64,000 nucleotides of DNA from Octopus sinensis (GCF_006345805.1 NC_043014.1:24924001-24988000), one strand, 5' to 3'. Shown: positions 38,688-52,331, numbered from the stretch's first letter. The notes: generated from the letters alone by a model not told the origin. Numbers and translations are program-made.

Positions 38688-40964
38688 ATGGTAGATACCA
38701 ACCCCGAAAAACCAAAAATAGTGAATCTTTCTAACCTAAACCTGTCAACACCACAAATAAAAATCCTTTCAAGAGGACTAAAATTCACCCCAACTCCGCA
38801 ATACCCTAACCTGAGGGAAATACAGGATGACATCTCACACTTTTGCAGAAAATTACGCCTCACAGAGGAATTCTTTGACAAGGAAACTAATAATAACGAC
38901 GAATCAATGGTCCGTAACAAAAGCAGCTATAATCCCGTAAAAGGCAAAAACAAAACCTTAGACAAATTTTGCGATTACATCTGAAACTTCCCTTATGGTG
39001 AACTCCCACAACCTAAACCCAAACCCAACACCAGTAAAAGAGAATGGGAAATCATCCATACGCTACGAGACAATCATGACGTCACAATAAAGGAAGCTGA
39101 TAAGGGTAGTACGGTCGTTATTATGAATACTGAGCAGTATAAAAACTCTGTATCTCTCCTTTTAGAGGATACCACATACTATGAAAGAGTAGTCGACTAC
39201 CAGCAATCCAAAACAATGACCAAACTGAAGGCACTCATTTACCAACACCGGAATGACTTAACAGCAAAGGAATGCGACTACATTACAAACTTTAATTGCA
39301 AAACCAGCACACTCTATGGGCTTCCAAAAATACACAAGAGTCAAATTATCACAGAAGCTTGCAAAAAGTCCACTTCAACCTGCATCACTATACCACATCC
39401 CACTGATCTCAAACTGAGACCAATAGTGGCAGGCCCAAGTTGTGAAACACACAGACTTAGCAACTTTATAGATATCATCCTAAAACCAATACTGAAACAC
39501 ATTCCAAGTATTGTAAGAGATGACCTGGACCTATTAAATCATCTCCCCAAACATACCGATAAAGACACTTTAATCGTTTCCTTTGATGTAATTAATCTTT
39601 ACACCACAATCCCACATGAATATGGACTGGAAGCCATTAAATTCTGGCTGGATAAATATCCCAATGAGATCCCGGAAAGAATAAAAAAAGAATTCATCAT
39701 TGAGGGCCTCAAATTTATTCTGCAAAACAACTTCATGTATTTCAATAACAACACTTACAGACAGGTTTCAGGAACTGCAATGGGTACGAAAGTTGCACCT
39801 ACCTATGCAAACCTGGTGATGGCCTACCTGGAATCACATATCTATGAAAAATCCAAATATAAGTACGGCCAGTCTTTCCACAAATACCTGTTGGAGAACT
39901 GGAAACGCTACTTAGATGATTGCCTCATCCTATGGTCCCACACACTCGACCAACTTATAGACTTCAAAAACCTTATCAACAGTGTAAATAACAACATTCA
40001 ATTCACAATGGAATATAGTCAGGACCAACTCCCTTTTCTTGCAATTCTAATCATTAAAAAAGGCGTCAACATTGAAACTGACATCCATTACAAACCCACT
40101 GACTCTAAACAATACCTTCTATTCACCTCCAATCACCCAAAACACACAAAGACAAATATCCCCTTCAACCTAGCGAGAAGAATCTGCACAATTGTCTCAA
40201 ATGACACAACATGAAATAGAAGACTCCGGGAACTAAGGGCAATTCTTCTCGAAAGACATTACCCGGCATCACTAGTAGACAACGGAATAGAACAGGCCAA
40301 ATCAATCAACACTCAAGACCTACAAAAACCTAAACACATCCACAGTACAGTAAATAGCCTCCCCTATCTCTCAACACACAACCCAAGGAATGCAGAAGCT
40401 TACACTATTATATACAACAACATTCCACAACTAAATCAAGACCCACACCTGAAAAAATTACTGGCAGCTCATAAAATAATAAAAACTAAGAGACAACCTA
40501 AATCCCTAAAAAACCTCCTCACCAACGCAAAATTACACAACACAAACCCACCGCCCACCATCAAAAAATGTGGTTGCCCCAACTGCAGGACTTGCATCCA
40601 CCTCATTGAGGGATCGACGTACAAGTTCCGGTCGGGACACACATTCATCATAAAAAATAATTTCACATGCGCATCAAAAAATTTACTCTACGTCATAAGG
40701 TGTGAAGGATGCCACGAAGACTACATAGGGCAAACGAGCCTTACCCTCAGAGAAAGAATGACAGTTCACCAACAACAACTGAGGGACCCCTCCACAAGAC
40801 AGATACCACTAAGTGGACACTTAGACCTTTGTGCACACAATAAGTCCCCCAAATTCTTAGTCTTCCCACTATACCAATGCTCGGACAACACCACAGACCA
40901 AACACGAATAAATAGGGAAAGTAATCTTATTCAAAAATACAGACCACAACTAAACATACTCTAA
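38688..40964 (+). pseudogene. Penelope-like (Neptune-type) RT plus GIY-YIG ORF, 758 codons, only two in-frame TGA stops
   Basis: ORFs at 38688, 39123 and 40758 share one frame, and I read the gaps with no further stops. Motifs: LSRGLKF, ADKG, YGLPKIHK, RPIV, SFDVINLYT, GTAMGT..APTYAN, RYLDD, KPTDS..SNHP, CGCPNCRTC, LLY..CEGC..YIGQT. Confidence 0.92.
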
Positions 40965-40999
40965 CATACCCCCTAGGCACACATCCAGAGCAAGCACAC

Positions 41000-42160
41000 A
41001 AGGACACGTGCACACTCTCAACATATCATGCAGGCTGTCACATGCACGCATCGGCACACATAGGGCACACTAGCAGGCATTGACCACACACATACGCGGC
41101 ACGCACGCGCATGCATTATATATATGTATGTTGTGTGAGTGTTGTGTGGGTTGTGTGTGTGTGTGTGCATTGTATATGTGTATATGTGAGTACATTGTTT
41201 GTGTGTGTGTGTGGTATGTAGATATATATGTGTGTGTACGCTATATGTATGTATTTTGTGTGTGTGTGTGTGCATTATATATATATGTATGTGTATATGT
41301 GTGAATATATATATATATATGTGTGTGTATATATATGTGCATTATATGCATGTGCATTGTGTATATGTATATTATATGTATGTGTGTTGTATATGTATGT
41401 GTACATTATGTGTATATGTATGTGTATATATGCATTGTATATATGTATATTGTATGTGTGTTGTATATGCATGAATACATGTATATACATTACATGTATA
41501 TATATGTATGCATTGTGTATGTGTATGTTATGTATATATATGTTATATGTATGTGTATATGTATACATTGTATGTATGTATATTATGTGTATATGTGGTA
41601 TATTTATGTATGTGTATGTAAACATTATATATATGTATATATGTATATGCATTGTCTATATATATATATTATATGTATGTATTGTGTATGTATGTTATAT
41701 GTATATATTGTGTATGTATGTTATATATATGCTGTGTATGTGTATTGTATGCATATATGTGTTAGGTGTACTGGTGTTGTATTTATATTATGTATGTATG
41801 TGTGCGTGTGTTGTGTGTGTGTGTGTGTGTGTTGTGTGTGTGTGTGTGTTATATGTATGTATATTATATATAAATATATGTTATATTTGTGTGTTGTGTG
41901 TGTGTATTGTGTGTGTGCGTTGTGTGCGTGTGTTCTGTATGTATGTGTGTTGTGTGTGTTGTGTGTGTGTCTATTATGTGTGTGTGCGTTGTGTGTGTGT
42001 GTTCTGTATGTATGTGTGTTGTGTGTGTGTCTATTATGTGTGTGTGTGGTGTCTGTGTGTATGATGTGTGTGTGTGTGTATATGTATATGTAGTGTGTAT
42101 GTATGGCCCGCACACACGCGTAGATACGCGCACGGGCGGGCACGCATACATACACACACC
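41000..42160. repeat. Degenerate (TG/TA)n low-complexity tract
   Basis: Mixed tgtg/tatg dinucleotide sea. Confidence 0.9.
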
Positions 42161-42491
42161 ATCCTAAACATGTCCCTGTTACCAAAGACTGTATATATAC
42201 ATGTAATGTGGCAATTATGTAAATTTTTTTGAATTCATAATATTCTGTACTGAACTTTTTTTGATATTTCCTCCTGGAAATTACCCTGAGATGTATAATA
42301 TATTTGTTTTAATCTTTTCTGCCCATTTTTTCAAATATTCTCATCATACTGTTGTACTTTTTTATGTCCTTAACATGTCCCTGTTACCAAAGAGTGAAAC
42401 CGGTTAAGTAAATAAACATCTTTTAAATTGCATTTTCAAACCTTCTTTCATATATAATTCCACTCGTACGATACCCCACAACTCAACTTTG

Positions 42492-42528
<37 letters not shown>

Positions 42529-43099
42529 TATATACTTCCAGTTTCGTGGAAGAAAGACATGTTTTCTTTCATTCTCTGAAACAAAAAAAAAGGGGAGTTG
42601 CATAAATCGACAAAATAATCTACTAGAACTGACAAAAACGTAGAACTTGTTATTTCATAACGGTTTACTAAAATATATTTATTAAAAACCGTAATATATT
42701 TCACTTCAGGCCAAATATAATACATTAAAGTCAGTTACGCATTCAAGATTTTTCATTGAAAAAGCACATGGTTGAAAGGGCTTAAGTTTAATTCCAGTCG
42801 AATGTAAGAAGCAAAAAGAATTGTTTTCTTTTCTTTTTTGAAAGAAAACTTCTTCATACAAGAACAACAATTTGGAATTTTACCTCTTGCGAATAAGTAT
42901 CCTTTTCATTTGTTTATTTTCCTTTAATTTAAGGTAACATCTGAGTTACGACTTCATCTTTGTTTACTTTCTGAGAATAATTTTCTTTCAACTTCTGTTA
43001 CAGTGTCCACTTCGCTTTCAATCTATTTTTCACTTTATCTCTTTAAAATGATTTAGAAAATAAATTGTAATTAGTTTAGAATTATATATTTGTTTAGAA

Positions 43100-43800
43100 T
43101 TATATATTTTTTCTTTTCCCTACACATTTCGTACCTACTTCCACTATCTTCAAACCTACCTCTTCCTCTCTCCTCCCTTACATATATTCCTCCATTTCCA
43201 GCTCCTCTCTCCTTTCCTTTATCTCTCTGTACACCTACTCTTTCCTTCTCTCTTGCATATCTTACTCTTTTTCTCATCTCTCTCCCTCCCTTTCATATCC
43301 TCCTCTTTTCTCACTTCTCTTTCGTTTCCATCTCACATCTACCTCTCCTCCCGTCACCCTGCTCTCTCACTCATATACTTCTCATTTGCCCATTCTTCAC
43401 ACTCCGTTTCTCCCCCTCTCTTACATCCTTCATCCTTTCCTGTCTCTCCCTCACTCTGCCTCTCTTTCTCTTACTATCCTCTCCCTCGCTCTGTCTCTCT
43501 TTCTCTTATTATCCTCTCCCTCCCTCTGTCTCTCTCTTCCCCTCCTCTCCTTCACTCTGCCTCTCTTTCTCTTCCCCTCCTCTCCCTCACATTGTCTTTC
43601 TTTCTCTCCCCTTCATCTACCTTCCTCTGTCTCTTTAACACGCCACACCCCCTTACTTTCCTCATATCACCCTCTCTATTTCCTTCATAGCACCTCTCAC
43701 TTTCCTTCATATCTCCCTCTCTCTTTTCCTATTTCCTCCCTCTGTGTTTCTCCATCTCTACCTCCCTCTATCTCTCATTACCTCTCTAGCCTCTACTCCC
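43100..43800. repeat. CT-rich polypyrimidine tract
   Basis: Imperfect (CT/CCT)n with a few short internal duplications. Confidence 0.85.
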
Positions 43801-43822
43801 CCTCTGGGCTTAAAAAACGAAG

Positions 43823-44860
43823 ATGGCACCAAAGTGGGAAAAGAAAGAATTAAATCTTCTGCTACGAGCATGTATGATTGCTAGTGGTGATCCGCCAAAC
43901 AACATCATCACTGCTGCACTAAAGAACAATGGCTTTCACAGAACTATTGACCAGATAGAGTGGAAGAAGAGTGAATTTATCCGGTCTTACATGCTTATAA
44001 GACTACACATCAACACCTTGGATAACATAATCGAAAATTATTGTGGCAAGGCTAATAAGGATGGAGAAGATGAAAAAGAAAAGGAAACAAAACCTGGATG
44101 TCTCTGTAATCCAGAGGTTCCTCAAGAAAATGGATCACCTACCCTGGTGAACAATTAGGCAGAGAAGGAAAGGGGAGCCAAGGGAGCAGTAACTGAAAGC
44201 CCCTCTGTGCCAGTGGTCCTACAAAGAAACGGAGCCATCACCCTATTAGAAAACCAGAAGAAAAAGGAAGGATGGGAAACAAAAATAAAGAAGGAAAGGA
44301 AGAAAAAGTCAAAGGCAAACAACCAAAACCGAAACCCCAACTCACCAAACAAACAGCAGAAAACCCCATGGAGGATCCAACGCCACCCAATACCCTTCAG
44401 GAAAAAAGAAATCTGGAAGGCACCCAAGAACCTGTAAATTTTACCTGTCATGGGGAGGATGGCAAAAACTGCCGGTTTGCCCACCTGACACCCCGCCAGA
44501 ACTTCAGGGGCCTTAAAGAGAAAAGCTTTACTGAGGAAAGACAAGAAATGTCTCCCAGGAAAACATTCAGAAAAGAAGTGTGCTCCTCATGTTCTGCGCA
44601 ACGCAGCAGCTGAGCAAGAGTCTTTTTTGTGCATGGCGCAAAGGATTGTCCAGCAGCTAACCTGGCTACACCAAGCACAAAGAAGGAACCTTGCCCACCA
44701 CAGTCAACAGACACGGGATGGCCTCCCCTAACACCTGCACAGTCATCACCCCAATACTTTTACTAAATATTGGGGGCTTGTTGCATCAAAATAAAAACAA
44801 AATTTCTTTCCTGAGAGATCTTACTGCATGCAATCAATTTAAACTTTTGCAGCTGTCAAT
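43823..44860 (+). mobile_element. CR1-group LINE 5' portion (ORF1 and ORF2 start)
   Basis: MAPKWEKKELNLLLRA..ALKNNGFHRTIDQIEWKK, GEDGKNCRFAH, then MASPNTCTVITPILLLNIGGL. Homologous to 700-1750 and 58210-58740. Confidence 0.85.
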
Positions 44861-45114
44861 GCTTTCTCTCTATAGATACAGACAGACGTACAGTGAGAGA
44901 GGTGGTGGAAGAAAGTGTGACAGAGAGATGGCGAAGGCTGATTGGGAATGAGAGTGGAAACTGTCAAATGTCGTTTTAGAAAGTGGAGGGAAGGAAGGAA
45001 AGAGAGAGATTGAGGATGACAGGGTGTAATTAATAATTTGGTATTCTACCAGCAGTATATTAGACAGACATTATCCCTAAGTTGGTTAGATTCACAACCT
45101 CTTTCTTGGAATTA

Positions 45115-45145
<31 letters not shown>

Positions 45146-45149
45146 AATA

Positions 45150-48100
45150 TAATTATTAATTCCACAGCCATCTTGAGGCCCTCTCTGCCACATCGGTGGT
45201 AGTGCTGATAGCTTTCCTTCTCACTCCCTCAATGCCCAAACTGCTAAATGCTCTGATGAGGTAATGGGCAGCAAAACCCCTGCATCCGGCTTCGACTGGG
45301 AGACAACTTACTCTCCAACCAGCCTGCTGGCAGCCACTGACTAGATCCACGTACTTGGAGAGCTTTCTCTCCAGGCAATCTTCCCATGGGACAGTCAGCT
45401 CCAGGAGCACCACTTGCTTGGTGGACTCAGACATGAGAACAATGTCTGGTCCCTGGGTGGTGACCACAATGTAGCCAGGGAACTTCAGCTGACGCTCAGG
45501 ATCTACCAGTAGCTCCCAGGCTCTAGCAGATGTTAAGATGCCCGCCGATGTTTTTCTAGCAGGGCTTTGCTGTTCTCCAACTCTGACAAAGGCAAGGATT
45601 TTCTTGGGAGATCGGAACTGCTTCACCCACACAAGTCCTGCGCTGATGGCTTCAATGATGCTCTTAAGGACTTGGTTATGTCTTGGGCGGTACCATCCTT
45701 CTCCAAGTGCCCCTGTGCAGCAGCTGAGGATGTGTTCCAGCTTTCCTCACTTGGAACACAGCACACATGCTGGTGTCTCTGCTATGCTCCATATGTGTAG
45801 GTTTGATGGGCTTGGAAGCACATCGTACACTGCCTGGATGAGGAATTTAATGTGATGTGACTTGGCTTTCCACAGTTCAGCCAATGTCACTTTCCTCTCA
45901 ACTGCATTCTCCCATCATGTCCAAGCTCCTTGTTGCTTCATGCCCACTGCCTTGCATGTTCTCATTTCCTCCACTGCAGCTCTCACCTCCTCCTGAACAA
46001 GGCGGCGCCCTTCCTTCCCACTGGTGTTTGTTTGGGGAGTTGGAAAGGAGCCTGGTCCAGTTCTGTCCCATGTGACCACTCCCACAAGTCTCCTTTGGTG
46101 CAGCCTTGCCTCTGCCTCTTTAACTGCATATTCTGCTCTCCACTTCCTGCCAGTCCTCACTTGGATCCCTGCTTAAGCCACCTTCGAATCACAAGAGTCC
46201 CTGTACTTTACCACTTCTCTGGCTCTTGCCACCTTGAATTCCTCTTCCAATGATTTGAAGGGCAACTGCAATTTGATGGTGTTGCCGTAGAGTACGATGC
46301 TGCTCAGGCTTCTTGATATTCCAAGCCATCTCCAGAGGTGGTTACTGACCCTCATCTCTAAGGTCTTACTGTTGAGATGGGGACTGCATGGACAAGAAGG
46401 ATTCTGGGAAGAATGCCGCGATGGTAGACCCAGGCTTTGAACTTCTCGAGTGGGCCTGACTTGACCACGGATTTCAGCCAGCCATCCAACTCAATGCAAG
46501 CTGACTACATAGATGAGCTGTTGAAAATCTTGCCTAGGCTCTTGACTGGTTTCTCTGTGATTGTTGGAATGGCTGTTCCTGTGATGTTAAACCAGAACTT
46601 GTCCTCCACCTTTCCTTTCCGCAGCACCATAGATCTTGATTTGGGTTGGTTTGAAATGCATCTGAGTTCACTCCATCATCTTTTTGAGTCCCTGCAGAAT
46701 CCACTGGCAGCCTAGGGCTGATTCTGTCATGACTGTGAGGTCATCCATGAACGCCCTAATGGGTGGTTGCCTTTGTCCGGATTTCGATTGGGACCCTCTA
46801 CACTCTGACTCAGCAGACTTGGTAAGCATGTTCATGGATAGGGAGAATAGTGTCTCAGAGATAGTGCACCCTGTGATGAAGCTAATTTCCACCTTGTGCC
46901 TGCGTGATGTTATTGCTCCAAAAGGGACCCTCATCCTGAAATTGGTGTAGTAATCAGGGATGAGGTCTCTATACCTGCTGGGGACATGATGTTTTGTCAC
47001 GTGAGCTGAACCAGCTTGTGTGGAATTGAACCGAATGCATTTGCCAGGCACAGGCAGGTTACCCCTGTTCTCTCTTGCCTCTTGAATACCACACTGGTAT
47101 GCTCCAGATAGCCTGGCATTCCCAAAATGCCACCCTTCTGGACAGATGTATCAATGTAGGTGTTTTGACCCAGGCAGGCACACAGCCATTTGGAAACAAT
47201 GCTGAAGAAGATCTTTGCCTCCGCACACAGCAGGGATATGATGCAAAATTGGTTGGTCTATCTGGGTGGAGTTTTCGTCCTTCAGGATCCACACACCCCT
47301 CAGCTACTATCCATTATTTTGGGATCCTCCCTCTTCTCCAGGAAACTCACAAGATATTCCACAGATGCAGCAGAAGTTTGGGATAGTTCTTATATACTTT
47401 GTATGAAGTGCCACTCGGTCCTGGAGCAGAGCTTGCCCTTGCTCTGCAGACAACCTCCCTGACTTCCTTTAGCTGCAGTTCTGTCATGTCAAACTCCACC
47501 TCTGGTTCAGCGGGGTGGTCTCCCAACTCATGCTCTCTTGCGGGATCACTATACATATGGTTCAGATGCTGGTCTATGTCTTCCTCTGAGGAGGCTAGTT
47601 TACCACTGCACTTCTGCCCTAACAAATCCTTAGTGAACTTGAAGGGGTTAGCGATAAAGGCAGCACACTTGTGCGCCCTCTCACAGCATCACCTTCAGTG
47701 CCATTCAGCTTGGCAGAGAACCCTGATATTTTTCTGTAGGCTACACATTAGCTGGGCTAGGCCAATACCTTCCTCATCTCTAGCCTTCTTTGTATTGAGA
47801 CTTCAGTGCCTTCATATCCTGCCTGATGTCATGGATCCTAACAACTCTTTGATTCTTTGAGTAAGCTTCTCTTCTCCTCCTTGCCAAATCATCTGGCTAC
47901 AAAGTTCACAATGATTGTTGCCATAGCTTCTTGCCTCTTGTCAGCCTTTCCCTTTACCACTGCCTCTAGAATTTGGTCGGCATCATCATCGAACTGCATC
48001 CACAGTGAGGTCATGTTAGCTGCTGGTCATTTGATCCACCTCCAGTCAGATTTGATGCTCAGGGGATTAGTTTCCACCAATTGGCAGTTCCAGGAACTAT

Positions 48101-48225
48101 GGGTTGACTCCAGGCCTTGCTCCTCCTGTATCTCACCAGGTTGGACACCTTTGTCCCAACTGGCACTTCATTTTCGCTCGGTGGATCTTTAGGCCATGGC
48201 AGTTCTTGCAGACTTTACCACATAA
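45150..48225 (-). mobile_element. Hero-clade non-LTR retrotransposon (zinc finger, RT, CCHC, REL endonuclease), degraded
   Basis: N-terminal CGKVCKNCHGLKIH, RT with PIRAFMDDLT, RTGRKWRAE..QQGAWT, a CCHC knuckle CVLC..EHILSCC, and REL motif PDIVL..LLELTVPWE..RKLSKY..PVEAGCRGF..AERASRWLW. Confidence 0.8.
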
Positions 48226-48498
48226 ACAAGAAGATTGCATTGTTTATACCATTTATTCTTTTGAATAGTATCAGTGGAATTTTCGAAACATGTGTCGAAA
48301 GTAAAAATATTCGATTTACACCAGCGTTAAACTCCATTTATTTATTCATATATTATTCAAAATATATCCACGTAAACACAAAGTTTCTACCTTTATAAAC
48401 AAGGAGTTACAACATCTTTACTTGTGAGATTTTTGCTACCCTGGTAACTATTTATTTATTTTTCCCGTGTTAATTGTTAATAAGGTAAAAATACACCC

Positions 48499-48562
<64 letters not shown>

Positions 48563-48565
<3 letters not shown>

Positions 48566-51500
48566 GGCACAGCTACAATTATCTCTACCTATGCCCCACA
48601 TGTGGGGTTACCAAATGATCAGAAGGACCACTTTTATGATACCCTTCTACAGGCTACCTCAAAGACGAGTGGCAATAACCTCATCTTTGTGGCTGGAGAC
48701 TTTAATGGGCATGTTGGGCAGGAATCGGGTATCTTCACTGGGGTACACGGTGGCCATGGTATTGGCACCCGAAACGATGAGGGAACTAGACTACTGGAAT
48801 TCTGTGATACATGTAACCTTTTAATCTGCAACACTAACTTCAGGAAGCCAGACAGCCACCTTATAACCTATCAGTCAGGGGACTCTGCTAGCCAAATAGA
48901 TTTCATCCTCACCAGACAGCGGGACGAAGGGTTGCTCTTAAATACAAAGACCCTCCCAGGTAAAGAATGTACCCCTCAGCATAGGTTAGTCATTAGTGAC
49001 TTTAGGCTTGAGGCCAGAAAGATACCAAGGAGCAGACCAATACAGAAAAGAAGGATTTGGAAGCTAAAGAACCCTTCACATGGTCAGAGATTTAGGGACA
49101 TCCTCATCAAGAAATTTGATGAGAGGGAGGAGGAGCTACAGACGTCGGACATAGAAAGTAACTGGAAATTCTTACGGGACAGCTTGCTGAGTGCCACAGA
49201 CCATGTCTGTGGATGGTGCAAAGTCCCTTCCAGACCTAGAGTTACATGGTGGTGGAATAGTACAGTAGACAAAGCCATTAGAGCAAAGAAACAGGCCTGG
49301 AAAACCTGGAGGGATGGGGGTAGCAGGGAACTGTACCAGGTAGCCAAAAGGGAGGCTGGGCGGCAGGTATACATAGCCAAGGGTGAATCAGAAAAGAAGA
49401 ATGTTGCCAATGTCCAGCAACATGAGGACCAATGAACTGAGGTATTTCGGATTGCAAGACAGTGTGTGAGAGAAAATTGTGATATCACAGGAGAGAAATG
49501 CGTCCGCATGGATGATGGTGCACTTGCTTTCAATGTTTCTGAAAAGAAAGAGGCTTGGAGAAGCCATTATGAGAGACTGCTGAATGTGGAAAATGAATGG
49601 GAGGAGGGAGCCTGCCAAATGTTGACCCCGTAGAGGGACCAGCTATCCAAATAGACAGCTCCCTAGTAGATAAAGCAATTAAGGGTATGAAACCAGGTAA
49701 AGCCCCCCAGCCCATCAGGAATCACTACTGAGATGCTTAAAACAGCTGGTGGTGTGGGCTATGGCCTAGTCACCCGCATTGTAAACCAGGTAGTTCATAA
49801 TGGAGTCATACCCAATGACTGGCGTAGCAGCACCATAGTCAACTGCTACAAGAGTAAAGGTGATGCTCTAGATAGAAATAACTACAGGGGTATTAAACTG
49901 TTGGATCAGGTGATGAAGGTCACAGAGAGGGTCATAGCCCATCTCATTAGGGAGAGAGTTTGCTTAGATGAGATGCAGTTCGGTTTTGTGCTGGGTAGAA
50001 GCACCACTGATGCCATATTCCTGGTTCAACAACTGCAGGGGAAATACCTAGCTAAAGATAAACCCCTCTACATAGCTTTCATGGACTTGAAGAAAGCCTT
50101 TGACAGGGTCCCCCGATCCCTTATCTGGTGGGCGATACGGAAACTGGAGATTGTCAAATGGTTAATAAAGGCTGTACAGGCCCTCTACAGAGAGGCTGTC
50201 AGCAAGGTTAGGATTGGCAATGAGTATAGAAGTAGGGGTCCACCAAGGTTCAGCTCTCAGTCCCCTTTTATTCATCATAGTCCTCCAGGCAATAACAGAG
50301 GAATTCAAAACAGGATGCCTCTTGGAGCTCCTCTATGCTGATGACCTGGCCCTCATAGAATCACTACCAGAACTAGAAAAGAAATTTCAGGTGTGGAAGC
50401 TAGATTTAGAATCAAAAGGCCTTAGAGTCAATGTAGCAAAGACCAATGTAGCAAAAACCAAAGTTCTAGTAAGTAGGAAGGCAAACACGCCACACACACC
50501 CTCAGGTAGGTGGCCCTGCTCAATCTGTAGAAAAGGTTTAGGTAGAAACTCCATAAGATGTACTCAGTGTATGCTATGGACACATAAGAGGTGCAGCAAC
50601 ATCAAAGGAAAATTAACCGAGAAGATAGCTTTCGTGTGCAGCAGATGCACAGGGGCAATAGACACCATTGATACTGAGAAAACAGATTCCATTACACTCC
50701 TGGGGAAGAAACTAGAAGTAGTTGATAGTTTCCGCTACCTAGGTGACCAAGTTAGTAGTGGGGGTGGATGCTCAGAGAGTGTTACCAATAGAATAAGAAT
50801 AGCCTGGGTAAAGTTCAGAAAGCTCCTACCCCTACTGGTGACAAAGTGTCTCTCACTCAGAATGAAAGGTAGATTGTATGACACATGTGTACGAACTGCC
50901 ATGCGTCATGATAGTGAAACATGGTCTGTGACTGCAGAGGACATGCGTAGGCTCGAAAGAAATGAAACTTGCATGATCCGCTGGATGTGTAATGTCAGTG
51001 TGCATACCCGACAGAGTGTAAGTGCCCTGAGAGAAATGCTGGACATAAGAAGCATTGGATGTGGCATGCAAGAAAGTGTCTGCGCTGGTATGGTCATGTA
51101 CTACAGATAGATGAGGAGAGATGTGTGAAGATGTGCCACTCCCAAAAAGTTGAAGGAATCCGGAGTAGAGTAGACCCTGGAAGACAAGCATGACCTTCGA
51201 ATGTTGGCAATAACGGAAGACCGAGACCTCTGGAGATATGCTGTGACTGCGAAGACCCAACAAATAATGTGAGTTCATGGCTGTTTCCTACACCAGCTTC
51301 ACATAGAAGCCCCAACCCTTCCAAAGTGCCTTGGATCGTAGGGTGACCTACCGTAGGGTGACCTGTGCTTGAGGAGACCTACCGATTCAAAAATCAAATG
51401 GAAATTGTGGTTGCGATACCTGTGCCGGTGGCATGACAAATGCACCATCCGTACATGGCCGAAGCCAGCGCCGCATTGACTGGCTTCCGTGCCGGTAGCT

Positions 51501-52095
51501 TGTAAAAAGCACCTACCAATTGAGGCCGCTGCCAGCCTCCCCTGCCACCTGTGCCGGTGGCACGTAAAAAGCAGCATCTGTACGTGGCTGATGCCAGCAC
51601 CATCTTGACTGGCTTCCGTGCCGGTGGCACATAAAAAGCACCAATTGTTCGTGGCCATTGACAGCCTACCCTGTGGCATGTAAAAAGCACCGTCCATACG
51701 TGGCCGATACCAGTACCGCCTTGACTGGCTTCCGTGTCAGTGGCACGTAAAAACCACCAACCGATCGTGTCCATTTCTAGCCTCCCCTGGCACCTGTGCC
51801 GGTGGCATGTAAAAAGCACCATCCGTACGCAGTCAGTGCCAGCGCCACCATGGCTGGCTTCCATGCTGGCAGCACGTAAAATGCACCAACTGATCATGGC
51901 CGTTGCAAGCCTCCCCTGGCACATAAAAATCACCCACTACACTCACGGAGTTGTTGGCGTTAGGAAGGGCATCCAGTTGTAGAAACACTGCCAGATCAGA
52001 CTGGAGCCTGGTGCAGCCTCCTGACTTCCCAGACCCCGGTCGAACCGTCCAACCCATGCTAGCATGGAAAACGGATGTTAAACGATGATGATGAT
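48563..52095 (+). mobile_element. RTE LINE, nearly complete (APE-RT-PHD-like finger, 3' UTR), frameshifted
   Basis: YAPHVG, AGDFNGHVG, SQIDFIL, QHRLV, NYRGIKLL, QFGF..RSTTDAIF, GVHQGSALSPLLF, LYADDL, UTR minisatellite and (gat)n tail. Confidence 0.95.
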
Positions 52096-52283
52096 ATATA
52101 TATATATAAATAAAAACAGTATATATATATATATATGAATAAAAAATGGAGTTAACGCAGGTTTAAACAAGTATTTTTACTTTCTACATATATTTCAAAA
52201 ATTCCACTGTGAGATTTTTGCTGCCCTGGTAACTATTCACATTCATTTATCCGTGTTAATTGTTAACAAGGTAAAATACACTC

Positions 52284-52331
<48 letters not shown>

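Noticed and set aside
41018-42185. Long Cys/Val/Tyr/His-rich ORFs (up to 278 aa), and similar ORFs at 29.7-31, 37.7-38.4 and 53.4 kb
   Set aside because: Translations of TG/TA dinucleotide repeats, not genes.
43071-43853. Leu/Ser/Pro-rich ORFs
   Set aside because: Translation of a CT-rich low-complexity tract.
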